32,000 nucleotides of DNA from an uncultured Clostridia bacterium (lineage in GTDB: Bacteria > Bacillota > Clostridia > Christensenellales > JAWKQI01), in the NCBI GenBank assembly GCA_964453645.1, contig CAYVRJ010000011.1, positions 20,294 to 52,293 on the forward strand. Direction: 5' to 3'. The notes beneath the pieces were generated by a model, which worked only from the letters and a program-made list of their open reading frames with translations, was not told the DNA's origin and did no database searches. Below are positions 23,919 through 31,931 of this stretch, in pieces. Positions within the stretch are counted from its first letter, which is position 1. The number at the start of each line of letters is the position of its first letter. The translations under genes were made by a program, and so were the position numbers.

Positions 23919-24839
23919 TTAATATTTGGGCAGCATCTTATCTTCAATAATCTGCCGCTGAATCTCTACTACACGACCTACGTCGATCACTTCGTTTAAG
24001 ATATAGTGCTGATGGAGTTTTTCCTTTAAGCACACGATCACCGCTTCGGTGTCCATTTTCAACATGTCGCTGGGCAAGTTAAGTTCGATGCACTTTAATT
24101 GGGAAAAGCGCTCCTGCGCCTCATCGCCGTTCCAAACGGCCACGTCCACCTCACCCAAATCCAATTTCTTGATCAACTGGTTGTAGGGGCATTTGATAAA
24201 CTCCGCCTGTGCGTCCTTGAGCCACTGCTGGGTCATAAACATTTGGTCGATGGAGTTTGGATCCACCGCCACCCGTATGCCGTCGAAGGGTTCACCCGAG
24301 AAACCGTCTCGCAAAATGATGGCATGGCCGCCAACATAGGAACCCGATCCAAAGCCCATTGCAATCTCCAACCCCTCGTCCCGCTTCATGGCCTCCACAG
24401 CCGCCAAGTGGGAGCAAACCGCAAAATCGTATCTGCCCGCCAGCACGCCGCTAATTCTCGCATCCGATCCCCGCTGATAGGCTAAGTTAAACTCGATATC
24501 CGCACTTTCAAATTCGGTATAGAGGGCTGTTGCCAGCCCCTCGTACCGCTTGGAATAGGGAAGGGGCATTGTGCCAAAAATCGAGGAAAATCCCGCAATG
24601 TTAAACAGCTTTTTCTTGTGAATGTCCGTGATGAAGGTGCCCGTATGCCCTGTGGCTTTTAGGGCAACGCCTCCGTTTTCCTTTAAAAAAGCCAGTGCGT
24701 TTTGAACCGTTCCCCTGCCCACGCCAATGTCCTTGGCAAAGTCCTCGACCCGGGGAATCTTGTCGCCTATCTTCATACTCAAAAACATTCCGGCAATTTG
24801 CTTGACTGCAATGCCGTTGTTTGTTATTAGCTTGCTCAT
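23919..24839 (-). CDS. yhfZ: YhfZ-like DNA-binding regulator (N-terminal GntR-like HTH plus periplasmic-binding-protein-like C-terminal domain)
   Basis: 306 aa. N-terminal IPRVEDFAKDIGVGRGTVQNALAFLKENGGVALKATGHTGTFI is a winged-HTH pattern. Size and position next to the PRD gene are as in E. coli yhfZ-yhfY. Confidence 0.65.
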   Translation of the reverse strand: MSKLITNNGIAVKQIAGMFLSMKIGDKIPRVEDFAKDIGVGRGTVQNALAFLKENGGVALKATGHTGTFITDIHKKKLFNIAGFSSIFGTMPLPYSKRYEGLATALYTEFESADIEFNLAYQRGSDARISGVLAGRYDFAVCSHLAAVEAMKRDEGLEIAMGFGSGSYVGGHAIILRDGFSGEPFDGIRVAVDPNSIDQMFMTQQWLKDAQAEFIKCPYNQLIKKLDLGEVDVAVWNGDEAQERFSQLKCIELNLPSDMLKMDTEAVIVCLKEKLHQHYILNEVIDVGRVVEIQRQIIEDKMLPKY

Positions 24840-24889
24840 ACCGCACCTAAGTTCTTATATATATTTATTTTATCTTTGGAGGTTTTAAC

Positions 24890-24940
24890 AATATACAGTA
24901 AACTGTATATTCATTATATCACGGCCATCGCTTTTGTCAA
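24890..24940 (-). promoter_or_regulatory. Promoter of the yhf-like operon with an abutting 22-bp palindrome (candidate YhfZ operator)
   Basis: Minus strand: TTGACA (24940-24935), 16 nt, extended -10 TGaTATAAT (TATAAT = 24918-24913). One nt downstream lies AATATACAGT-aa-ACTGTATATT (24890-24911), with perfect 10-bp arms covering the expected transcription start. Confidence 0.55.
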
Positions 24941-24950
24941 GTTTTTTATT

Positions 24951-24988
24951 AAAATAAAAAAACCGAATCTGTTTCATCACATTCGGTT
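24951..24988 (-). terminator. Rho-independent terminator of the PF04392-type ABC operon
   Basis: Stem AACCGAAT (24961-24968) / ATTCGGTT (24981-24988) with a 12-nt loop. On the minus strand it is followed by TTTTTATTTT. It lies 35 nt after the ATPase stop. Confidence 0.65.
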
Positions 24989-25023
24989 CTGTTTAAAAAA
25001 TATATAAGGGGACTTGCCACAAC

Positions 25024-25818
25024 TTAGGACAACAGCATCTCGTCCGTCTCTTCCTGTGCCCCAGCCAACTGGGCAAATTTGCTTATGAGATCGGCTTTTT
25101 TAAGCTGTTTCTTCTCTTCCCCGGAGATATCTAAAATAATTTTTCCCAAATTCATCATGATCAACCGGTTTCCGTGGCGAATGGCATCGGACATATTGTG
25201 GGTGATCATCATTGCAGTGAGGTTATTTTCCGCAATAATTTGTTCCGTCAACTCTAAGACTTTGGCAGCAGTTGCCGGATCCAGCGCTGCCGTGTGTTCA
25301 TCCAGCAGCAAAAGCTTTGGTTTTTTCAGCGTTGCCATTAAGAGGGTGAGCGCTTGCCGCTGCCCTCCGGAGAGTAACCCAACTTTGGAAGTCATTCTGC
25401 CTTCCAATCCCAAACCAAGCTTTTTTAAATACTCGTGGTAACGCTCCCGCTCGGACTTTAAAATGCCCCATTTTAAGGTGCGCTTTTCTCCCCGGCGCAG
25501 GGCAAGGGCTAAATTTTCGTCGATGCCCATGTTTGCTGCCGTGCCCATCATTGGATCTTGAAAGATGTGTCCAATATATCCCGCACGCTTGTGTTCGGGC
25601 AGGGACGAAACGTCACTTCCGTTGATAATGATGGAACCCTCGTCGATGGGCCAAACGCCCGCCACAGCGTTGAGCATGGTGGATTTACCCGCTCCGTTGC
25701 CCCCGATGACGGTAATAAAATCACCTTCGTTTATTTTTAAATCAATGCCGCAAAGGGCTTTCTTTTCGTTAATGGTTCCTATATTAAAGGTCTTATGGAT
25801 ATTGACAAGCTCTAACAT
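25024..25818 (-). CDS. ABC transporter ATP-binding protein
   Basis: Walker A GGNGAGKST, signature LSGGQRQ, Walker B LLLLDEHTAALD. It starts immediately after the permease stop. Confidence 0.9.
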   Translation of the reverse strand: MLELVNIHKTFNIGTINEKKALCGIDLKINEGDFITVIGGNGAGKSTMLNAVAGVWPIDEGSIIINGSDVSSLPEHKRAGYIGHIFQDPMMGTAANMGIDENLALALRRGEKRTLKWGILKSERERYHEYLKKLGLGLEGRMTSKVGLLSGGQRQALTLLMATLKKPKLLLLDEHTAALDPATAAKVLELTEQIIAENNLTAMMITHNMSDAIRHGNRLIMMNLGKIILDISGEEKKQLKKADLISKFAQLAGAQEETDEMLLS

Positions 25819-26760
25819 TTACTTCACCTTCCCTTTGCCCAAACTCTTAAAGGAGTTTTTGGACTTTGCACGAAGATAAGGGATCGCAAGGAAAATTGCC
25901 ACAATGACTGCTGTGAGCAACTTTAGCATATCTGTGGGCATTTTTAACCACATGACGATGCCAATGACTAAATAATACACCACACCGCCTAAAATGACAA
26001 AAGCCAAACGAAGGGCGAAATTTACATTCTTCCCAACAATCACTTCGCCGATGATCACAGCGGCTAAGCCGATGACAATTGCACCCTGTCCCATTTTAAT
26101 ATCCGCAAACCCTTGAAATTGCGTCATCAGGGCACCGGACAGTGCAACCAATCCGTTTGATAGACACAAAGCGATGACCTTCATCACATTGATGTTAATG
26201 CCCAGCGCTTTAGCCATATTGGGGTTGCTGCCCGTGGCTCTCAGTGCACTGCCCTGCTCTGTGCCAAAGTACCAGTAGAGCAGACAAATTAATGCACCAC
26301 CAAATAAAACCACGGTCAATATGGAACCCCATACATCCCGCAAGCTCACCATCAGTGAGTACTTGTCCACATTCACTGCTTTGTTGGCTCCCCCAAGGAT
26401 TAATAGGTTCACAGACCAAAGGGAGATTTGTGTGAGGATTCCCGCTAAAATGCCGGGAATGCCCAGGACAGTGTGCAAGATTCCGGTGATGCAACCCGCA
26501 ATCACCCCGACGATTACAGCAACGACAATCGCCAGGGGAGCGGGCACACCCGAAACAATTAAAACAACAGCCACAGCCCCTCCGGTTGCAAAGGAGCCGT
26601 CGACAGTTAGATCAGCAAAATCCAGCAAACGATATGTAATGAACACACCCAAAGCCATCATACCCCAAATGATACCTTGGGCAATATTACCCGGCAGGGC
26701 AGACAGCAGGTTCACGGGGTTTAGGGATGAGAAGTACTCAAGCACATTCATAACAATCAT
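25819..26760 (-). CDS. ABC transporter permease (partner of PF04392-type binding proteins)
   Basis: 313 aa with ~9 hydrophobic segments. Located between the binding-protein and ATPase genes. Confidence 0.8.
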   Translation of the reverse strand: MIVMNVLEYFSSLNPVNLLSALPGNIAQGIIWGMMALGVFITYRLLDFADLTVDGSFATGGAVAVVLIVSGVPAPLAIVVAVIVGVIAGCITGILHTVLGIPGILAGILTQISLWSVNLLILGGANKAVNVDKYSLMVSLRDVWGSILTVVLFGGALICLLYWYFGTEQGSALRATGSNPNMAKALGININVMKVIALCLSNGLVALSGALMTQFQGFADIKMGQGAIVIGLAAVIIGEVIVGKNVNFALRLAFVILGGVVYYLVIGIVMWLKMPTDMLKLLTAVIVAIFLAIPYLRAKSKNSFKSLGKGKVK

Positions 26761-26786
26761 TTCCTTTCCTGGAGGCCTAGGTCTCT

Positions 26787-27785
26787 TTACTCTGCAATGG
26801 GTTCGTAGTTACTGGGGGGAACAATATTCAACTCTTCGCAAATTTTTGCGTTGTATAACTGAGTGAATTTGGGTGCATACCGTATTTCCATTGCTGCGGG
26901 ATCGGCACCGTTCACTAAAATCTCATACGCCATTTCACCAGTAGTATATCCAAGATCGTAGTAACTAATAGAGAGTGTGGCCACACCACATCCCTTGCAG
27001 ATGCCCTCTTCTCCAGCGATTACGGGAATCTTAGCGGGTACGCAAATGTTTTTCACGATTTCTGCGTTGGATGCAACAGCGTTGTCGGTGGGAACATAAA
27101 TCACTTCGCTGTCCGCAGCGGCAGCAGTGACAACCGATTGCAGATCATTAGAATCCGAAAAGGTGTAGTCCTTGCAGGTATATCCCATGTCTGTCAAGTG
27201 CTTGGAGATCACCTGTGCCTGATACTTGGAGTTGGGTTCTGCCGAGCAATAGAGTATGCCCACTTTTTTGGCATCGGGGAACAGTTCGTTTAACATTTTT
27301 GCCTGCTGATCCAAAGGAGCCAGGTCGGAAGTTCCCGAAACGTTTTTACCCGTAACACCCGTCCAGTCGCTGATATCCAGGGCTGTGCCGTAGTCGGTTA
27401 CTGAGGTTCCCAGAATGGGAATTTTATCCGTTGCCGTTTGTGCCGCTTGCAGGGCAGGTGTTGCATTTGCCATAATCAGATCCACATTAGAAGAGACAAA
27501 CTGGTTGGCAATCACCGCACAAGTGGGTGAATCTCCCGAAGCGTTTTGTTCGTCAAACGTGATTTGATCCCCCAACTTTTCTTTGAGGGCATCTTTAAAC
27601 CCTTGGGTGGCCGCATCCAGCGCTGGATGTTGTACCAATTGACAAATTCCAACAGTGTAGGTCTTTGCCTCAGCAGCAGGTTGGCTGTTCTCTTTAGATG
27701 GCTCAGGTGCAGCAGGTGCTCCGCACGCTGCCAAGGCCATCAGGATTACGATTGCTAGTGTCAGTGCAACAATTTTGTTTTTCAT
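26787..27785 (-). CDS. ABC transporter substrate-binding lipoprotein (ABC_sub_bind / PF04392-like)
   Basis: Signal peptide plus lipobox (LMALAACG). TYTVGICQLVQHPALDAA..GF is the typical start of this family. I prefer ATG at 27785 (AAGGAGG 6 nt upstream) over the track GTG at 27803. Confidence 0.8.
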   Translation of the reverse strand: MKNKIVALTLAIVILMALAACGAPAAPEPSKENSQPAAEAKTYTVGICQLVQHPALDAATQGFKDALKEKLGDQITFDEQNASGDSPTCAVIANQFVSSNVDLIMANATPALQAAQTATDKIPILGTSVTDYGTALDISDWTGVTGKNVSGTSDLAPLDQQAKMLNELFPDAKKVGILYCSAEPNSKYQAQVISKHLTDMGYTCKDYTFSDSNDLQSVVTAAAADSEVIYVPTDNAVASNAEIVKNICVPAKIPVIAGEEGICKGCGVATLSISYYDLGYTTGEMAYEILVNGADPAAMEIRYAPKFTQLYNAKICEELNIVPPSNYEPIAE

Positions 27786-27826
27786 TTTCATCCTCCTTAG
27801 CACTTAAAGTCGCTTACATATATTTT

Positions 27827-27907
27827 ATTCTTACATAATGTAAGAATTTTTCACATTTTGTTTGAAAACCTACAAATTAGTATAGAGATTTTAACCGAAA
27901 ATGTCAA
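27827..27907 (-). promoter_or_regulatory. Promoter and leader palindrome of the PF04392-type ABC operon
   Basis: Minus strand: TTGACA (27907-27902), 17 nt, TATACT (27884-27879). In the ~75-nt leader lies a perfect 10-1-10 palindrome ATTCTTACAT-A-ATGTAAGAAT (27827-27847). An extra CTTACATA copy sits at 27813-27820. Confidence 0.5.
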
Positions 27908-27980
27908 TCCCAGCGATCTATGTTTTCAGATCCCTCCTGTGTAATTTTTCAAAGAAATGTACCCAAAACAAACCCTTTAC

Positions 27981-28010
27981 TTGACATTTTGTGCATAATA
28001 ATGCTATAAA
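27981..28010 (+). promoter_or_regulatory. Candidate promoter of the PBP gene
   Basis: TTGACA (27981-27986), 18 nt, TATAAA (28005-28010). GGGGGA RBS before ATG 28049. Confidence 0.45.
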
Positions 28011-28048
28011 ATCTATATACGCACCCGCAAGCTTAGGGGGATTTACAC

Positions 28049-30334
28049 ATGAGCAAAAAATTGATCGTTATTTTAAGTACCATTCTGCTCTCTGCCGCAG
28101 TCATTTTAACCGGGGTGATCTTGTATCCAACGGTGTTTGGCCCATCGGATGTGCAGGGTGGGGAAAATAAAAAGCCTGTTCAGCCCGATGAATGGATGCT
28201 CCACTATTTTACCCTATTAAACGAAGGCCGTTACGAGGAACTGTACCCGAAGCTCAGCGATCACAGCCAAGGGATGATCTCCCAAGAGGATTTCGTTGAA
28301 AAGCATCAAAATATCTATGGCGGCATTGGGGCAGCCAACCTCTCTGTTACTATTAAAAAAGTTTCTGATTATACTCCCAAAGACGAGACAACAGTGAAAA
28401 CAAACGGAAAAGTGGTGGAATACACCTTAGGTTTAGATACCACTGCCGGTAAAATAACGTTAACCAACAGTGCCCGACTCACCCAAGATGAAAATGAACA
28501 ATATCGTTTGGAGTGGAGCCCGCAGTCCATCTTTCCCTCCCTCACCTGGCAGGACAAGGTGCGGGTGAACACCACAAAAGCACAGCGAGGTTGTATTTAT
28601 GATCGGAACGGCGAAATACTCGCTGGGCCGGGCATTGCCTCTGCCGTTGGTTTTGTGCCCGGCAAGATGCGCAAGGCGGCAGACGTGCAACCAACAGAGG
28701 CACCCGATGACATACCCACCCAAACGCCCAGCAAAACAAACGATCAAAAGGCTGAGAATAATAAACAACCAAAGGCCAGCGAAAAACCCAAGGAAGGCGA
28801 GAAGGCTCCGGTGGATGAAAAGCCCCCAGTGGACGAGCAACAGCCTGCTGCAAGTACAACACCTTTGGAGGATTTGCCCGATACGCCCTATTCTCTGGAC
28901 GACATTGTATTTATTGCAGAGCGGTTGGAGATGACCCCCGAGAGTATCATTAAAAAACTAAACGCTTCGTATGTGAAGGACGACACGTTTGTGTTGTTAA
29001 AAACCGTATCCAAGGAGGCGTATCCCCTCAAGGAAGAATTACTCACCATCCCCGGCATTAAGATCAGCGATACCCCCGTGCGGTATTACCCCATGGGTGA
29101 AAAGGCCTCCCACTTGGTGGGTTACATTCAGGGTATCAACGCCGAAGAGCTGGAAGCCATGAAAGATCAGGGTTACCATATGAACAGTTTGATCGGCAAG
29201 GCTGGTTTGGAAAAAATTTATGAAGAACAACTCCGCGCCTCCGACGGCTGCGAGATTATAGTCGTGGACGGGACAGGTAAGACAAAAGAGACGTTGGCAA
29301 AAAGGGAACCCTCCGACGGCCAAGACATCACCCTAACCATCGACGCACAGATACAGGATCAGCTCTACAGCTTGTTTTGCGAAGATAAGGGCAACTCAGT
29401 GGCTATGAACCCCAAGACCGGGGAAGTGCTGGCCCTTGTGAGTACGCCGTCCTACGATGCCAACGACTTTGTGTTGGGTTTGTCCTCCAGCAAGTGGGCA
29501 GCCCTCAACGAGGACGAAAACAAACCCATGTTCAACCGCTTTAAAGCAGCACTGTGCCCCGGTTCCACCATGAAGGCCATCACGGCCGCAATTGCTTTAA
29601 ACACGGGGGTCGTTGCCCCCAAGGACGATTTTGGGGCAAGCGGGCTCAAGTGGCGCAAGGACAACACTTGGGGCGGATATTATATTACCACCACCAAGGC
29701 CTACGAGGGAGCTGCCAACGTGGAGAATGCTCTCGTCTACTCGGACAACATTTATTTTGCCAAAGCTGCCATGAAGATCGGTGCAGATCGGTTTGCACAG
29801 GAGCTTGTGAACATTGGCTTCGAGGAGCGAATCCCCTTTGAATACGGGCTGTACTCCTCCATTATTTCGTCCACCGAAACCTTTACATCCGAAATACAGT
29901 TGGCGGACAGCGGGTTCGGCCAGGGGCAAATTCTCACAAACCCCATTCATTTGGCAACCATCTACGCTGCTTTTGTGAACGAGGGTAACATCATTCAGCC
30001 CACCCTGCGCTACGGCAGCTCCCCCACCTTTTGGAAGGAAGGAGCTTTTTCACCCGAAACGGCAACGACCATTAAAAACGCATTAATTCAGGTGGTGGAG
30101 CGGGGAACGGGAACCGAAGCCAAAATTGCCGGAAAGAAACTTGGCGGAAAGACGGGCACGGCAGAGATTAAACAATCCAAAGAGGATGAGACGGGCACGG
30201 AATTGGGTTGGTTTGTGCTCTTCACTGCGGACAATTCCTCGTCTCCCCTGCTGGTTGTTTCCATGGTGGAAGATGTGAAAGGCCGGGGAGGCAGCCACTA
30301 TGTGGTGCCCAAGGTGAAGGCGCTGTTTGAATAG
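28049..30334 (+). CDS. Class B penicillin-binding protein, MecA/PBP2a-like architecture (N-terminal NTF2-like domain, dimerisation domain, transpeptidase)
   Basis: 761 aa with an N-terminal TM anchor. The NTF2-like/MecA_N-type region reads WMLHYFTLLNEGRYEELYPKLS.... Transpeptidase motifs: STMK (GSTMKAITAA), SDN (YSDNIYF), KTGT (GKTGTAE). Confidence 0.9.
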   Translation: MSKKLIVILSTILLSAAVILTGVILYPTVFGPSDVQGGENKKPVQPDEWMLHYFTLLNEGRYEELYPKLSDHSQGMISQEDFVEKHQNIYGGIGAANLSVTIKKVSDYTPKDETTVKTNGKVVEYTLGLDTTAGKITLTNSARLTQDENEQYRLEWSPQSIFPSLTWQDKVRVNTTKAQRGCIYDRNGEILAGPGIASAVGFVPGKMRKAADVQPTEAPDDIPTQTPSKTNDQKAENNKQPKASEKPKEGEKAPVDEKPPVDEQQPAASTTPLEDLPDTPYSLDDIVFIAERLEMTPESIIKKLNASYVKDDTFVLLKTVSKEAYPLKEELLTIPGIKISDTPVRYYPMGEKASHLVGYIQGINAEELEAMKDQGYHMNSLIGKAGLEKIYEEQLRASDGCEIIVVDGTGKTKETLAKREPSDGQDITLTIDAQIQDQLYSLFCEDKGNSVAMNPKTGEVLALVSTPSYDANDFVLGLSSSKWAALNEDENKPMFNRFKAALCPGSTMKAITAAIALNTGVVAPKDDFGASGLKWRKDNTWGGYYITTTKAYEGAANVENALVYSDNIYFAKAAMKIGADRFAQELVNIGFEERIPFEYGLYSSIISSTETFTSEIQLADSGFGQGQILTNPIHLATIYAAFVNEGNIIQPTLRYGSSPTFWKEGAFSPETATTIKNALIQVVERGTGTEAKIAGKKLGGKTGTAEIKQSKEDETGTELGWFVLFTADNSSSPLLVVSMVEDVKGRGGSHYVVPKVKALFE

Positions 30335-30370
30335 ATACCACCCTTTATTCTTGTATCTTAAAAATAAACC

Positions 30371-30429
30371 ATGGGTATATCCCAGAAACGCACTGCCTTA
30401 AATGGCAATTTCCAGTCTGATATACCCAT
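30371..30429. terminator. Long inverted repeat in the convergent intergenic region (possible terminator structure)
   Basis: Perfect 11-bp arms ATGGGTATATC (30371-30381) / GATATACCCAT (30419-30429) with a 37-nt loop that contains a smaller TGCC...GGCA hairpin. T-rich sequence follows on the plus strand. Confidence 0.4.
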
Positions 30430-30479
30430 AGGTAATATTATATTTGTTATTTCTGGCATGGACTACGCCGTTGATACCC

Positions 30480-31922
30480 TCACTGGGTGAAATCCGAAGC
30501 ACTTTCGCTGTAAAAATCCCCTCTGGTGCCCGAAGAAATCACATAGGAGCCACCGGCCTCAAACGTGTAGGGATCGGTGGAGATATAACTGCCCTCCTCG
30601 CCAAAAGCCAACTCATCGCTAATCCATTTGCTGCCCTCGGCAATCTTTAAAATATATTGTCCCGCCGGAAAGCGAAGGACACACTTGGATTTTGGGTTGA
30701 TAAACACCGTTCTGATTTCCGCACCTTTAGCCACATTACCCGCTTCAAAGAGTTTGACACAGCTTGCCAACTCCTTTGTAGTAATGTTTAGTTCGGCAAA
30801 GTTTTTATTCAGCGGATCGCTTTGGGTGGGATTTTGAAACACTAGGTTGGAAACCGCACCGGGAACGGGTAACACATCACTTCCGTCTGTTTTCATGTAG
30901 TATACATCGTCGCCCTTATGGTGACTTTTAAAAAAGAGATAGTCCCCCACGATATTCATATTTAAAGCAAAGTGCTCTTCATTGATATACCTGTGTTCCT
31001 CTGTTGTCAGATCGTATTGTTCAATGCGCCCAAGTTCAATGTCGTTTTCATCAAAATATTCATCCGTGGCGTAATAATACCCTCCGCCAAAAGCCCCGAT
31101 TTGTTCAAATGTTCGGCTGGCATACTCCGAAGCGCTGGGTGCATCGATGGGTGCTGTGTACATATAACCAATGTCATCCATACACCATAGGGTTTTATCT
31201 TGCACCGCAACCCATCGAATCCATTTGTCCTTAATTTTTGTCTCCCCACTGCCGTCTGCACGTATGCGGTATAAATGGCCATTCACTTGAATCTGCTCGT
31301 CATACGTCTCCATTTCTTCAAATTCGTGAATGCCATACACCGTGTTTTCAACAAAAAACACATACCCGTCGCTGACCACCGCAAAGGTACAATGTCGATC
31401 CGAAAGCTTCTGCTTGCCGCTCCCGTCGGTCTTGATGCGATACGGTTTGTTTTCATCGCTGATATTGACATAATAGATATACTGCCCCATGACCTGGACA
31501 TAATGGCTGATATCGTCGGTGATCAACGTCTTTTCTCCGCTGGTTATGTGCACACGGTAAATGTTATACGCATCCTCCCTTGTGCTCACATAGTAGAGAT
31601 ATTCGTCCAGCACGTTTAAAAAAGCTGCCTGATCGTTTGTGACGATGGTACGCTGGCTGCCGTCGGGTTTCATTTTTGCAATGCTAAAGCCCTGTACGGT
31701 ATCCTCCAGCGCATAGTAAAGCCATTCCCCGTCGGTTGTTGCCAACCCCCCTCCCAAGATATTGTTGGCAGAGTTGCCGCACCTGAAATCCTCTTGCGTT
31801 TGTTTCTCTTCGGCTTTTTCCTCTTGCACAGGCATTTCTGGGGTTGCGCTTTGTACAGCGCAAGCGGACAGTAGGATGAGTACTGCCAAATACAAACCAA
31901 TTATATTTTTGTTACGTTTCAT
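30480..31922 (-). CDS. Lipoprotein with DUF5050-like beta-propeller repeats
   Basis: Signal peptide plus lipobox (LILLSAC). Recurring blade pattern (..W/YLYY......I.K/R.K.DGS....L..): GEWLYY..IAKMKPDGSQ, EYLYYV..IYRVHITSGE, QYIYYV..PYRIKTDGSGKQKL, GHLYRIRADGSGE. The C-terminal ~130 aa are not recognised. Confidence 0.65.
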   Translation of the reverse strand: MKRNKNIIGLYLAVLILLSACAVQSATPEMPVQEEKAEEKQTQEDFRCGNSANNILGGGLATTDGEWLYYALEDTVQGFSIAKMKPDGSQRTIVTNDQAAFLNVLDEYLYYVSTREDAYNIYRVHITSGEKTLITDDISHYVQVMGQYIYYVNISDENKPYRIKTDGSGKQKLSDRHCTFAVVSDGYVFFVENTVYGIHEFEEMETYDEQIQVNGHLYRIRADGSGETKIKDKWIRWVAVQDKTLWCMDDIGYMYTAPIDAPSASEYASRTFEQIGAFGGGYYYATDEYFDENDIELGRIEQYDLTTEEHRYINEEHFALNMNIVGDYLFFKSHHKGDDVYYMKTDGSDVLPVPGAVSNLVFQNPTQSDPLNKNFAELNITTKELASCVKLFEAGNVAKGAEIRTVFINPKSKCVLRFPAGQYILKIAEGSKWISDELAFGEEGSYISTDPYTFEAGGSYVISSGTRGDFYSESASDFTQ

Positions 31923-31931
31923 TCAGTGTTC

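Noticed and set aside
27804-27878. Possible T-box or riboswitch leader upstream of the PF04392-type ABC operon
   Set aside because: The predicted leader is only ~75 nt, far shorter than T-box (>200 nt) or known riboswitch aptamers plus expression platforms. I saw no specifier/T-box motif or terminator-antiterminator pair, only the palindrome reported above.
28369-28934. ORFs 28460..28840, 28542..28862 (minus) and 28599..28934 (plus, other frame) within the PBP gene
   Set aside because: They coincide with the Pro/Glu/Lys-rich insertion, whose biased codons keep other frames open. Their products are Arg/Pro/Cys-rich with no signals. The PBP frame is continuous through the region.
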